From: a virus
Length of the DNA: 56,283 nt
Virus genome (UHGV): UHGV-0315882
Direction: 5' to 3' (one strand)
Positions within the stretch are counted from its first letter, which is position 1. Each line of letters begins with the position of its first letter. Of the stretch, positions 16,549 to 26,274 are shown piece by piece. A program made the position numbers and the translations under genes. The notes under the pieces were generated by a model. It ran no database searches. It was given only the letters and a program-made list of their open reading frames with translations, and was not told the origin of the DNA.

Positions 16549-17034
16549 TCATTCTGCTCGCCATTGGCAATCACCTTGCCACCCATACTCTTTTCTCCAG
16601 AGGTTTTGGTTATCAGAACCACGATATGGTTTAACTGTTGGTTTAGATGAATCATACTTACCATCAATCACCACGTCAACATATTTCATCACATCAAGGT
16701 GAATTTTTTCATGTAACTGAAAACCTGTCCAGAGCCAGATAGATTTTTCTGGGTAAACGGTTTTAATACGTTTGCATATGTTGGTAACCTCTTGAATGTT
16801 TCTATCATCCAGAGGTTCTCCACCAAGTATTGACAGCCCACTGATGGCATTATCATCCATTAACTTAATGATGCCGTAGAGGTTTGCATAAGTAAACACT
16901 TTACCGGCATTAAACTTCCAAGACTCCCTGTTAAAGCAGCCTTCACAGTGATGCTTACAACCAGCTACGAAGAGGCTTACACGAACCCCTTCACCATTAG
17001 CTGTGTCAAATGGTCGAATCTCCATGTAATTCAT
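16549..17034 (-). CDS. nrdG: Anaerobic ribonucleotide reductase activating protein (radical SAM)
   Basis: GCKHHCEGCFN matches the CxxxCxxC radical-SAM cluster motif; size ~160 aa. Confidence 0.75.
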   Translation of the reverse strand: MNYMEIRPFDTANGEGVRVSLFVAGCKHHCEGCFNRESWKFNAGKVFTYANLYGIIKLMDDNAISGLSILGGEPLDDRNIQEVTNICKRIKTVYPEKSIWLWTGFQLHEKIHLDVMKYVDVVIDGKYDSSKPTVKPYRGSDNQNLWRKEYGWQGDCQWRAE

Positions 17035-17043
17035 CTAGTTACC

Positions 17044-17343
17044 TCACCAATACATATAAGTGTTCTTAGCGGCTTTCTTTGGAGACTTACTATCAATGTC
17101 AAAGTCTTCATCTAAGAAGGATGTCTTAGAAAGCTGCCTGATTTGTGTTCTTGTAAGACGTTTAGTAGCCTCCTTAATCTCTCTACAAGGCTGGCTTGTG
17201 AAGTCATAAGAGCCACCTTTTCTGGACATCATATCAGAATGGAAGTAGACATCTGAAGCATTTTCTCTGTTACGTACCTCATTTCTCCACTCATAGAGTC
17301 CATGAACGTTCTTCAAACCTTTTCTTCGAATTGTTTTACTCAT
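17044..17343 (-). CDS. hypothetical protein (99 aa)
   Basis: ORF in tight same-strand array. Confidence 0.45.
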   Translation of the reverse strand: MSKTIRRKGLKNVHGLYEWRNEVRNRENASDVYFHSDMMSRKGGSYDFTSQPCREIKEATKRLTRTQIRQLSKTSFLDEDFDIDSKSPKKAAKNTYMYW

Positions 17344-17735
17344 TCAAACACCACCTGACAAGGAACCTGTTTAGTAATAAACTCTTCGCAGTGCTCTTTA
17401 ATGAAGTTTTGTAATGGCACACAGTCTTGTGCACAAGTCATTAGCATAATGTACTCTGGATTCATAATATTTTCAAGACTGTAGAAGACAACATCGTCAG
17501 ATAGCTCGTGACCATCTTCTTCAGACCAAGTTCCAGTGACTACAGCTAATTTGTCAAGTAATTCATTAGGCAAAGCTACACCATCTTCTACGGAATCACT
17601 TAGAACGTTGTCACCAACATACAATGTGAAGGTCGTATGAAATGTTGAGTATTTTACGTGATTCTTTTCGCAAGAGCCACACTCTGAGGCGTAATCTTTA
17701 ATCCACTCTAATTGTTTTTGGCTTAACTTAATCAT
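17340..17735 (-). CDS. hypothetical protein (131 aa)
   Basis: ATGA overlap with the downstream gene. Confidence 0.5.
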   Translation of the reverse strand: MIKLSQKQLEWIKDYASECGSCEKNHVKYSTFHTTFTLYVGDNVLSDSVEDGVALPNELLDKLAVVTGTWSEEDGHELSDDVVFYSLENIMNPEYIMLMTCAQDCVPLQNFIKEHCEEFITKQVPCQVVFE

Positions 17736-17947
17736 AATTTGACCTTAGTTGGTATTGCAGAAAATGCAATAGTTAACCCTAAAAATGGTTTGAAGCATGA
17801 CCACAAATCCATCTGACCCTGATATGAAAACTCCCATTGTGGGTCTGAGAAACCCCATACTATGACACTAACCCCAATGAAGAATACCGCTATATGCAGT
17901 ATGGGTATCGACACCTTTAAAAGCTTAGACATAATTAATTCCACCAT
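17732..17947 (-). CDS. small membrane protein (71 aa)
   Basis: Hydrophobic helices. Confidence 0.4.
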   Translation of the reverse strand: MVELIMSKLLKVSIPILHIAVFFIGVSVIVWGFSDPQWEFSYQGQMDLWSCFKPFLGLTIAFSAIPTKVKL

Positions 17948-18318
17948 ATAGTTTTCCCATTATCACATGTGTAAAGATATTCTACAGAAGTTTGTGGAAC
18001 AAGTATAGTGGTACTCCCACTAAGCACGCTCACAAAATAAGTGACCTCACGGTTTTGAGAGGTTTTTACACAATTGTTTGCATCCATCCATGCCATTACC
18101 TTATACGAATCATATACAACAAAAGCACAAAATATAAGGAATACCACTACCATAGCTTTAAAGATAAACTCAGGCCAAAAATCTGAGCAAATAATGTCTT
18201 TAAAACGCATGACACCGATAATGATTAATATGATGAGACATGCAAGGCCACAAACTGCTACATAAAGCCACAAGTCCATGATACAACTCCAATAAAAAAG
18301 GTGATGTAAGCCTATCAA
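17935..18318 (-). CDS. membrane protein (127 aa)
   Basis: Multiple hydrophobic segments. Confidence 0.45.
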   Translation of the reverse strand: MIGLHHLFYWSCIMDLWLYVAVCGLACLIILIIIGVMRFKDIICSDFWPEFIFKAMVVVFLIFCAFVVYDSYKVMAWMDANNCVKTSQNREVTYFVSVLSGSTTILVPQTSVEYLYTCDNGKTIWWN

Positions 18319-18341
18319 GACTCACACCACCATGTCAAGTT

Positions 18342-20486
18342 TTACATAGAAACTCTGTCACGAATCTCAGCGATTTTTGCATCGTTCATTCGGGATTCAC
18401 CTTTAATCTTAGTCCATCCAAGATACCCACACACCCTGTTAATCACAGAGATATCATGTGAGTGACAAACTTCACACTCTTCAACATCTGATTTTGGTCT
18501 GTTACCACAATGCTCACAGATTGCTAAGTCAAAGTTAAGTCCCTGATAGAAACCTTTCAACATCCCTCTTGTAATACAGCTCTTAAGTGCTGATAAGTTT
18601 TCTGGGTTAGCTACTCTTACATACTGGATTCTACCGCCTCTACAGATATGGAAGAATGGTTCTTCTAAGTCCTGCTTCTCAAATGGTGAGATGTCTGCTG
18701 CAACATTCATATGGAAACTGTTTGTAAAGTATTCCTTGTCAGAAACGCCTTTGATAACGCCAAACATATCTCTGAACTGTTTTAGTTGAGTTCCGCAAAG
18801 TGATTCTGCTGGAGTACCATAGACGGCATATAAGAAGCCATCTTCATTTTTAAACTCTTCGGTTTTCATGTTAATGTATGCCAGAACATCATATGCAAAA
18901 CTATAGCTTCCAACTTCATGCAGTCGTTTACCTTCAGCAAGAACAGACAACTCATCAAGCGCAGTAACACCAAAAGAAGCTGTGAAGGACTTCACAATAT
19001 CCCAACCAACCTTGTCAGTAGGTTTCTTAGTTCCTTTGTACAGACCACCTTGTGTGAATGCAAGAGGGTTAGAGCTTGCTGGCATATTAGCAATCATTTC
19101 GTAGCGTTTCTTATGGAAACTACGAATCATCTCTAGGTACTTATCAAGCTCTTTCCAGAAATCTAAGCCATTCTCTTTAGAATACTGGTAAATCATTGGT
19201 AAGTTCAAAGATACAGCACCAATGTTAGCACGACCAACGTAGAACTCTTCTCCACCCTCATTAAGATATGGAGATAAAAAGGCTCTGCAACCCATCGGTG
19301 AAATTACCTTACCAGAACGCTCAAAAGCCTCTGCTACAGCACCATGACCAGACACACTTAAGAAATCTGGGTACATTGCTTTAGAGCAACACTCAATAGC
19401 TTTACTGTACAGGTGACCTTGACAGATATTTTCATCATGTCTCTTCTGGTCATAAATATAAACCAGTTTAGGGAATACAACAGGTTTTTTGCTCTTGCCT
19501 TGTCCATTCATACGAACATCTAGGAGAGTACTTGCAATCATGTATTGTAGTCGATTATCCTCATTAGACATATCTGAGTCAAGTAAACCAAATGTTAAAG
19601 TTGTGAATGCAAAATCACCACGGCTACAAGGTACGGTATTTAGTTTCATCTCAAGTGACTGAAAACCTTGAGTCAGTTCAATTTGTAACTGCTCCATTAC
19701 ATAATTGTGGTAATGCTCTTTAGGAATACCATAAGATGATGCTTTCTCAGCATGATAGCGTAGAGACTTCTTAGCATACGGTACAAGTACCTTATCAATC
19801 TCTGCTAAAGTAAAACCACCAAATTGCTGTGCAGTTGCTGAAAGTACTACGTCACCAATAACCTGCAACGCTGACAGTACAGATTTAGGTTCACAGTACT
19901 CAATGCCGGACATTTCAAAGCCGCCTTTTAGTACTTTACCAATGTCAAACAGGCAACAGTTAATACCACCAAAAATCAGGTCTCTCAAATCGTGGATATA
20001 GATAAAGCCTTTCTCAATGGCTTCAAGTTCCTCTGGTGTTAGATGATACTGTTTAAAGATTTCTTTAGTCAGGTAACCACGGATAATTGAACCTTTCGTA
20101 GAAATTAAACTGCTGTCAAAGTTAGCATTTTCACGGTCACCTAAGAAGAGTGTGTCTCTAGTCTTTTGGTAAAGTTCATCCCAATTTTGAGCAACCTCTT
20201 TACGGTAATTTCTGTATGTTGAGTAAGACTCATAAATCTCGTGATTGACCTCTGCCAAAGCACCTTCAACAATACTGTGAATATCGTTTACCGAAATTAG
20301 TAAATTATTCTGTTTAGTAGATTTTACCAGAATCCTCATAAATGCTGACTCAAGAGCTTGAGTAACATCTGGTGGGAGTTCTTTATACCCAACCCTATTA
20401 GCTGACTTTGTGACTGCTGCTAAAACTTTTTTGATATCAGGTTCTTCGAGTGAGCCATTCTTTTTAATAATCTGTACTTTGTTCAT
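18342..20486 (-). CDS. nrdD: Anaerobic ribonucleoside-triphosphate reductase (class III)
   Basis: C-terminal glycyl-radical motif RVCGYLG and CxxC...CxxC zinc site; 714 aa. Confidence 0.9.
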   Translation of the reverse strand: MNKVQIIKKNGSLEEPDIKKVLAAVTKSANRVGYKELPPDVTQALESAFMRILVKSTKQNNLLISVNDIHSIVEGALAEVNHEIYESYSTYRNYRKEVAQNWDELYQKTRDTLFLGDRENANFDSSLISTKGSIIRGYLTKEIFKQYHLTPEELEAIEKGFIYIHDLRDLIFGGINCCLFDIGKVLKGGFEMSGIEYCEPKSVLSALQVIGDVVLSATAQQFGGFTLAEIDKVLVPYAKKSLRYHAEKASSYGIPKEHYHNYVMEQLQIELTQGFQSLEMKLNTVPCSRGDFAFTTLTFGLLDSDMSNEDNRLQYMIASTLLDVRMNGQGKSKKPVVFPKLVYIYDQKRHDENICQGHLYSKAIECCSKAMYPDFLSVSGHGAVAEAFERSGKVISPMGCRAFLSPYLNEGGEEFYVGRANIGAVSLNLPMIYQYSKENGLDFWKELDKYLEMIRSFHKKRYEMIANMPASSNPLAFTQGGLYKGTKKPTDKVGWDIVKSFTASFGVTALDELSVLAEGKRLHEVGSYSFAYDVLAYINMKTEEFKNEDGFLYAVYGTPAESLCGTQLKQFRDMFGVIKGVSDKEYFTNSFHMNVAADISPFEKQDLEEPFFHICRGGRIQYVRVANPENLSALKSCITRGMLKGFYQGLNFDLAICEHCGNRPKSDVEECEVCHSHDISVINRVCGYLGWTKIKGESRMNDAKIAEIRDRVSM

Positions 20487-20503
20487 TATTGCCCCTTTAC
20501 ATG

Positions 20504-20530
20504 CTAAAAAGGTCTCCGAAGAGACCCTTT
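20504..20530 (-). terminator. Intrinsic terminator
   Basis: GGTCTC-cgaa-GAGACC followed by a T-run on the minus strand. Confidence 0.55.
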
Positions 20531-20534
20531 CATT

Positions 20535-20741
20535 TTAAATCTTTTTAGAAAACTTCGAAACGAGTTTTCTTAGTTTTTCAGTGATGCCTAACTGTATCTC
20601 TAATATTTCAAAGATAACCCATAGTAACATGGCCCCAAACAATGAACCTTGTTCAAAATCAGTAAATAGGTTAACAATCAGCATACCAATCACAATGGCT
20701 GGTGCATCAACAACCAGACCTTCCCAAAGGCGTTTAAGCAT
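20535..20741 (-). CDS. small membrane protein (68 aa)
   Basis: Two hydrophobic helices; possible holin-like protein (speculative). Confidence 0.4.
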   Translation of the reverse strand: MLKRLWEGLVVDAPAIVIGMLIVNLFTDFEQGSLFGAMLLWVIFEILEIQLGITEKLRKLVSKFSKKI

Positions 20742-20976
20742 TATTCACCTCTGCCATAAAATTCTGTAGCGTTCCAACAGGTTTTAGGTTTTGTCCATCA
20801 GTTTTCATGATGAATGGCATCTGACGAACTGGCATCTGTGCAATATCCATCAGGTCTGACAGTTCATAATCCTGCCCTAACATTCTCACAACATGGTCAA
20901 TACCACGAGCTTTTGCAAAATTCTTTGCAGTCTCACACTGAGGGCATCCAGTTTTGGAGTAAATCACATAAGTCAT
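20734..20976 (-). CDS. Glutaredoxin/NrdH-like redoxin (80 aa)
   Basis: YSKTGCPQC active-site motif; adjacent to nrdB. Confidence 0.7.
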   Translation of the reverse strand: MTYVIYSKTGCPQCETAKNFAKARGIDHVVRMLGQDYELSDLMDIAQMPVRQMPFIMKTDGQNLKPVGTLQNFMAEVNNA

Positions 20977-22049
20977 TAAGGAACCTCTAAAAATCCACTA
21001 TTCAAATCATCTACAACAGTATTCAACAGGTACGCACCGTTCTGTTGCTCCTGATTAGCATTCTGCTCTTTATCAATTTCCATCTTCTTAATCATATACT
21101 TCAAAGGTGGTTCTTTAGGAGCTACAAAATCTCTGGGAATGCCAAACATATCATACAGTGGGGCAGCATTATAGTAAACCCACTCATGAAGAAGTTTTGT
21201 GTTTAAGCCAACTACAGCACGTCCTTCGGAGAAGATATAATACGACCATTTCTCTTCACTTTCAACTACTTCATCTAAGATTACTTTAATCTCTGGAAGA
21301 ATTTGTTGAAAAGCTTTCTGCCACTCATCATCTCTTAAAGTTTCTTTTAAAACTTCAATATCAATTTTGGTGTGAAGGATTTCATCAAGCATAATTTTCT
21401 GGACAGCTTGAGCAATACCCTGAAATTTATCCTGAGCATCAAGTGCAAAGGTACATGCAAAGGATGCCATGAAGGAAATGCCTTCAAGTGCAGTCACTGC
21501 AAACAGCCCTTTCAGAATCACTTTATGGAAGTGTAAAGGGTCTTTGTCCAGAAGTGAATCACGGACATAACTCAGGCGGTAGTTTATACCTTCATCCAGT
21601 AATTCTTCAAGAACACGATTCACAGTTTTTAATCGGTCTTGTACAGCAACATTCTGGTTAATCTCATCTAAAATTGTTTCAGGGTTTTTAATACATTGCC
21701 TTACAATCTCTGAGTAAGTAAGAGCATGTAGGTTTTCAATCTCAGACTGCTTCATAATTGCAGTTGCATAGATGTCATCAGAGATGAATGGTGCAAAGGC
21801 GAATGCCAAGCTCTTAGCAACTTGGGTATCTGCTTCCCACTGCCACTTAAGAATCTCAAGCATTACACCTGACATTGATGCTGGGACACTCTCAAAATCA
21901 AGACGTGATTGTTCAAAAGGGAACTCATCTTCTGACCAATCTTGTGCTTTTTGTTGTTTATAAAGCTCAAAGATTTTTGGGTAGTGTTTATTAAGTGAGT
22001 CAAATGTCTTTCTCTCACCACCTAAAAAGATTGGGTGTTGGTTAATCAT
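20976..22049 (-). CDS. nrdB: Ribonucleotide reductase small subunit (class Ia beta)
   Basis: Start trimmed to the internal ATG (MINQHPIF) with AAGGAG RBS and ATGA overlap with the upstream stop; length and helical ferritin-like composition fit NrdB. Confidence 0.8.
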   Translation of the reverse strand: MINQHPIFLGGERKTFDSLNKHYPKIFELYKQQKAQDWSEDEFPFEQSRLDFESVPASMSGVMLEILKWQWEADTQVAKSLAFAFAPFISDDIYATAIMKQSEIENLHALTYSEIVRQCIKNPETILDEINQNVAVQDRLKTVNRVLEELLDEGINYRLSYVRDSLLDKDPLHFHKVILKGLFAVTALEGISFMASFACTFALDAQDKFQGIAQAVQKIMLDEILHTKIDIEVLKETLRDDEWQKAFQQILPEIKVILDEVVESEEKWSYYIFSEGRAVVGLNTKLLHEWVYYNAAPLYDMFGIPRDFVAPKEPPLKYMIKKMEIDKEQNANQEQQNGAYLLNTVVDDLNSGFLEVP

Positions 22050-22303
22050 AGTGTGATTTCTCCTTTCTTTATCATTTCTAAGGCTTGTTTTCGGTCTAGA
22101 ACTTCCCAATTTTCTTCATTGAACATCTCATATGGTCTTGCATAGATTTTACCATCTGCTGTAGAGATGTAAGAGATACCAGCAACCCATGAGTCATCCT
22201 TTTGTTTTATCATCATATCTGTGCTACTCACATAGTACATCGTTTTCCGAGGCTTGTGGAGCAAGTATATTGGTCGCTCATGTTTTTCTATTAAATCTTT
22301 CAT
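22046..22303 (-). CDS. hypothetical protein between nrdA and nrdB (85 aa)
   Basis: Start trimmed to the internal ATG (MKDLIEK) with GGAGA RBS; the track's longer version would begin inside nrdA. Confidence 0.4.
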   Translation of the reverse strand: MKDLIEKHERPIYLLHKPRKTMYYVSSTDMMIKQKDDSWVAGISYISTADGKIYARPYEMFNEENWEVLDRKQALEMIKKGEITL

Positions 22304-22358
22304 GGTCTCTCCAAAGTTATTTTTAGAGGGTCTTTTACGACCCTCATAGTTGTTAAAA

Positions 22359-24593
22359 CTAAACACCACAACCCTCGCAATAAGCATCTTGCAGTGCAGA
22401 TTTACCTACACCAATGCGACTGTTAAGGTAGTACATGGTTTTCATACCTACCGAGTTGGCATAAATCATGTACTTCAAAGCTTGAGCCAATGATACCTTC
22501 TTAGACTTTGCATAGTCAACATAGAAGTCTGAAGAGATAGCTTGACCAGTGAACTTTTGAACAATTGCATAACAGTCAATCATATCAAAGGTGTCAATAT
22601 CCCAAGCAATTTCATAGACATACTTCAATTCTTCATAATCTGGAACAATGAACAGTACGTTACCAGTTGCAGACTTTTTAGTTAAAATAAAGTCACGAAT
22701 TGGGTACAAACCATTTGTCGTATTAGTTGCTAGTGAAGAACTCTCATTAGGCATGTAAGCTTCTAATACAGAATTTCGGATTCCACCATTTTCTTTGATA
22801 CGTTGTGCTAAGTCATCCCAATCATATCGTAGTTTTGCATCATGCTTTTCATCAATCTTCTTGTTAGCTGTCTTTGGAGGAACCCAGCCTTCAGGATACT
22901 TAGTGAACTTCATGTACTCTGGCACGCCACGTTCTTTAGCAAGTCTCAGAGAGGCTTCATGCAGATAGTAAGAGTGCATCTCTGCCAGTTCATGAAGTTT
23001 CGTTTTACCTGCTCGTGAAGAGTAGTTCACGTAGTTCTTCGCAAGGTAATGAGCCACATTTGTAAGGCCAATCCCAACAGAACGACGCTTCTGAACATGG
23101 TTACGCATCGACGGATACGGATAATCCATAAGGTCAATAACGGAGTCAACCATTGCAAGAGCATAATAAGCAACGTCAGCGTATTCATCTTCTGAAATTC
23201 TCCCTGCAACCAAACTAGCTAGGAAGCAAAGAGCTACCTCACCATCCTCTTTCACAGCATCATCTCTGTAAAGGTCTGTCTCTTTCTCAAAGCCGTACAC
23301 TGGCAACACAATTTCCATACAAAGATTTGACATCTTCAAAGGCTCTTTAAATGGTGTATGTGTGTTTGCATTATTCGTGAAGAATGGGTACACACGGCCT
23401 GTTGCATAACGCTGCTGGATAAACAGTTTAGCAATTTCACGAGCCTTTACTCGTCTGTGCTTAACACCTGAATGCACTGCGTGACCAACTGCCATAGCAA
23501 ACTCATCAGCAGATGCTGTGTAGAACATGTCATAGATTTTTGGTGCATCTTTGTAAGAGAATAGCAACCAATCTGTATCATACTGAACACACTGCCAGAA
23601 ATAATCGTTTGTGCCGAATGAGTAGTCCATCTCATTAATACGTTTAGAAGGAACCGTTGTAGGGTGCTTCAAACGCAGTAAATCTTCAATCTGCGGGTCT
23701 AGAGCAGTGTAGAAGTTATTAGCTGAACCACCACGACTCTTCTGTTTGTTTGCCTCTACAGATGAACGTACAAGCTTGTAATAAGGCAGTTTACCCATAT
23801 GCTCAATAGTATTATGACGGATACCATCACCAATGGTGCGAGTTTCCATCAGCATCCCAATACCAGCTTGCTTTGTAGTCATATCATAAGCAACCTTTGC
23901 AGCAATACCGAGAGACTCAGCAGTATCATTTGCCTTAATCAAACAGCATGACGCATAACCTGATTTAGTTGCTCTTAACCCGTTTAAATAGGGCGTAGGA
24001 GCATTAATCTTCAGGTCAGATAGGTAAGTGTACAGCTTGATAACATCTTGCAGTCTACGGTGCTTTGGTTGCTTCTCAAAGGCTTTCATAGCCATACCCA
24101 TGAACATAAATTGTGGTGACTCAAAAAGTCTTCCCGTTTTAATATCACGGATACCATACTTGTCTCTGAACTGTTTCAAGACTGCATAACCGTAAGAGAT
24201 ATCTTTTGAGTGCACGATGTAACCTTGCAGGTATTCAAGCTCTTCCTGTGAGTAGTCCATCTTCTCCCAAAGTCCTGCTCTCTCCATATTTTTAACGAAG
24301 GTAACCAGCGTAGGAACCTTAGTAAAGCCTCCAAAGGCTTCTTTGTAGATAATTCCCAGAAGTAGCCGTCCAGCCATGTCTGAGTACTCTTGAGTTTGCT
24401 TATCAACACAAACATCAATCATGGCTTGGTGCATCTCTTTTGTAGTGCAACCCTCATAGACACGCTTCATGGCTTCCATAGTGACTTCTGACCAGATAAT
24501 TCCACGCTTGTCTGCCCATGATGCCCACTTATTCAGTCTTTCTGGGTCAAAGCTTACTACTGTACCGTTTGATTTTTTAATTGTCTTAATCAT
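22359..24593 (-). CDS. nrdA: Ribonucleotide reductase large subunit (class Ia alpha)
   Basis: 744 aa; NLCMEIVLP active-site region and C-terminal CEGCGV cysteine pair. Confidence 0.9.
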   Translation of the reverse strand: MIKTIKKSNGTVVSFDPERLNKWASWADKRGIIWSEVTMEAMKRVYEGCTTKEMHQAMIDVCVDKQTQEYSDMAGRLLLGIIYKEAFGGFTKVPTLVTFVKNMERAGLWEKMDYSQEELEYLQGYIVHSKDISYGYAVLKQFRDKYGIRDIKTGRLFESPQFMFMGMAMKAFEKQPKHRRLQDVIKLYTYLSDLKINAPTPYLNGLRATKSGYASCCLIKANDTAESLGIAAKVAYDMTTKQAGIGMLMETRTIGDGIRHNTIEHMGKLPYYKLVRSSVEANKQKSRGGSANNFYTALDPQIEDLLRLKHPTTVPSKRINEMDYSFGTNDYFWQCVQYDTDWLLFSYKDAPKIYDMFYTASADEFAMAVGHAVHSGVKHRRVKAREIAKLFIQQRYATGRVYPFFTNNANTHTPFKEPLKMSNLCMEIVLPVYGFEKETDLYRDDAVKEDGEVALCFLASLVAGRISEDEYADVAYYALAMVDSVIDLMDYPYPSMRNHVQKRRSVGIGLTNVAHYLAKNYVNYSSRAGKTKLHELAEMHSYYLHEASLRLAKERGVPEYMKFTKYPEGWVPPKTANKKIDEKHDAKLRYDWDDLAQRIKENGGIRNSVLEAYMPNESSSLATNTTNGLYPIRDFILTKKSATGNVLFIVPDYEELKYVYEIAWDIDTFDMIDCYAIVQKFTGQAISSDFYVDYAKSKKVSLAQALKYMIYANSVGMKTMYYLNSRIGVGKSALQDAYCEGCGV

Positions 24594-24609
24594 TTTTGAA
24601 TCCTACAGA

Positions 24610-24636
24610 TGAAAAGAGCCTCCGAAGAGGCTCCCT
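24610..24636 (-). terminator. Intrinsic terminator
   Basis: GAGCCTC-cgaa-GAGGCTC followed by a T-run on the minus strand. Confidence 0.55.
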
Positions 24637-24639
24637 AGT

Positions 24640-24978
24640 TTAAATCTTGAAAATTTGCTCATTCTGCCACATATCGTAAAACTTATCACTTACTTTTGTG
24701 ACTGAAGAAGTGTGCATACAATTCAGGGAGAACCATGATGATGTATTATCATCCATAAGTGTTTCAAGTTTTTGTGTAACGTTCACATCCATGTCTGCAA
24801 CAACATAATTACCTCGCATCTTGCAAACAATTCTTCCAAACAAGATTGCACTTCTACCTCTTCGGTCATCACAGTACATAACTGTGTCTCCGTGCTTAAC
24901 GTCTTGTCCGATACTGTCAACACCTAGCTTAGCACCTGAGATAATGTCATCATAAGATAGCTTTTTTGCTTTAGACAC
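24640..24978 (-). CDS. hypothetical protein (112 aa)
   Basis: ORF in same-strand array. Confidence 0.5.
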   Translation of the reverse strand: MSKAKKLSYDDIISGAKLGVDSIGQDVKHGDTVMYCDDRRGRSAILFGRIVCKMRGNYVVADMDVNVTQKLETLMDDNTSSWFSLNCMHTSSVTKVSDKFYDMWQNEQIFKI

Positions 24979-25303
24979 GGTATTTCTCCAAGTTTCTTTT
25001 TAGATATAACCAACCGTAGTCAGTCCTTTCTACACCCATAAAAAGTGGAGCCATCACAACTTTACCAAAAGTATTTCTGTGTTGGCAGATTTCAAAGGAA
25101 TACTCTTTCTCAATATCAATCCCGTATTTGTACAGGACTGCTTTTAAAACTTGTTCATTATCCAGAAGTGTATCTGGAGTCTCACCATACTTCTCAAGTA
25201 ACGGGTCATTCATAAACACCGTCATAGAGATATTGTAGTTTGAGAAGTGGCTCTTCTGAGCCACACCTTCTTTATTAATGTTCTGTGAATCCATTATAAC
25301 CAA
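24971..25303 (-). CDS. hypothetical protein (110 aa)
   Basis: ORF in same-strand array. Confidence 0.5.
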   Translation of the reverse strand: MVIMDSQNINKEGVAQKSHFSNYNISMTVFMNDPLLEKYGETPDTLLDNEQVLKAVLYKYGIDIEKEYSFEICQHRNTFGKVVMAPLFMGVERTDYGWLYLKRNLEKYRV

Positions 25304-26030
25304 CCCCTTTTAACCAGCACTTCAGGTTATTAGCATCATAATTCAGTTTCGGGTATGAGGTTACATGGAACTGCTCACCATCGTAGTAGACAATATCTGC
25401 AATCCATAGTCCATTCTCTTTACAGAAATCTTTATCTGCTTTAGAGGTAATTGGATTAACTTCTACAAAACCATCTACACCCAAATCCTTTAAGCTACAT
25501 ACAATACCTTTGCAGATAACGCATGTATCAGATACTACCACAAAAAGTTCTTGGCTTTCAAGCTCTACAATGTATTCACCAAGCTGTACTTTAGGGAGAT
25601 TTGATTGCTTCATAATCTTCCCATCGGCTGCACGGACAATCGCATACCACTCTTTACCATCAACCACTGACATTCTGATGATACACTCTTGACCAGTACG
25701 CTTCTCAATATCTGCAAGACGTTTTAAAGCTTCTTCATAGTCATCTGTGTACTTCAGGTCATTATTATGGCAAACAGCTTTCATAGCACCGTTATGGTCA
25801 TGTTGTGACAGATAAATCAGACCATCAAGAACATATTGCAAATCTGCCTGAGCATCCAGTGTCTCAATGGGGTCTTTTTCTTCAATTGCTTTTACAAGCT
25901 CTTTTGCTTCTTCAAGCATACACAGAGACTGGGATTTTAAAGATTCCCAATACTCATCACTGTAAGGTTGCTTTTGAGTGTTTCCACAACGAAGATTCCA
26001 GTTTTTTACTGCTTCTCTTGAGTTAAACAT
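25275..26030 (-). CDS. hypothetical protein, possible MazG-like NTP pyrophosphohydrolase domain (251 aa)
   Basis: LEEAKELVKAIEEKD...DLQYVLDGL resembles the EExxE/D helix pair of all-alpha NTP-PPases; weak. Confidence 0.3.
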   Translation of the reverse strand: MFNSREAVKNWNLRCGNTQKQPYSDEYWESLKSQSLCMLEEAKELVKAIEEKDPIETLDAQADLQYVLDGLIYLSQHDHNGAMKAVCHNNDLKYTDDYEEALKRLADIEKRTGQECIIRMSVVDGKEWYAIVRAADGKIMKQSNLPKVQLGEYIVELESQELFVVVSDTCVICKGIVCSLKDLGVDGFVEVNPITSKADKDFCKENGLWIADIVYYDGEQFHVTSYPKLNYDANNLKCWLKGVGYNGFTEH

Positions 26031-26268
26031 TTGGACTCCTTAAAAATCTGTTAACCTTTAGCTCTCGTGTTTCAATATATTCCAGATGCTCACGTAGCTC
26101 TTGACGTTTAAGCATTAGGTGCTGCATTTGAGACTCAACAGCTTCAACTTCTTTAATTATTGACTCTCTGGCATTTGCAAGAATGCGCTCAAGTTCTTCA
26201 ATCTTGCTGTCAACCTTTGCTACATGACTCACAGCTTTACTTTTGTTAAACATTTTATTCTCTCTCAA
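26023..26268 (-). CDS. hypothetical coiled-coil protein (81 aa)
   Basis: Heptad-like charged sequence. Confidence 0.45.
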   Translation of the reverse strand: MRENKMFNKSKAVSHVAKVDSKIEELERILANARESIIKEVEAVESQMQHLMLKRQELREHLEYIETRELKVNRFLRSPNV

Positions 26269-26274
26269 TAGTTA

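Noticed and set aside
20976-22109. N-terminal extensions of track ORFs (nrdB from 22109, the 22046-22387 ORF, DNA polymerase from 33652)
   Set aside because: The extended starts lie inside upstream genes or lack RBS; internal ATGs with good Shine-Dalgarno sequences and ATGA overlaps were used instead.
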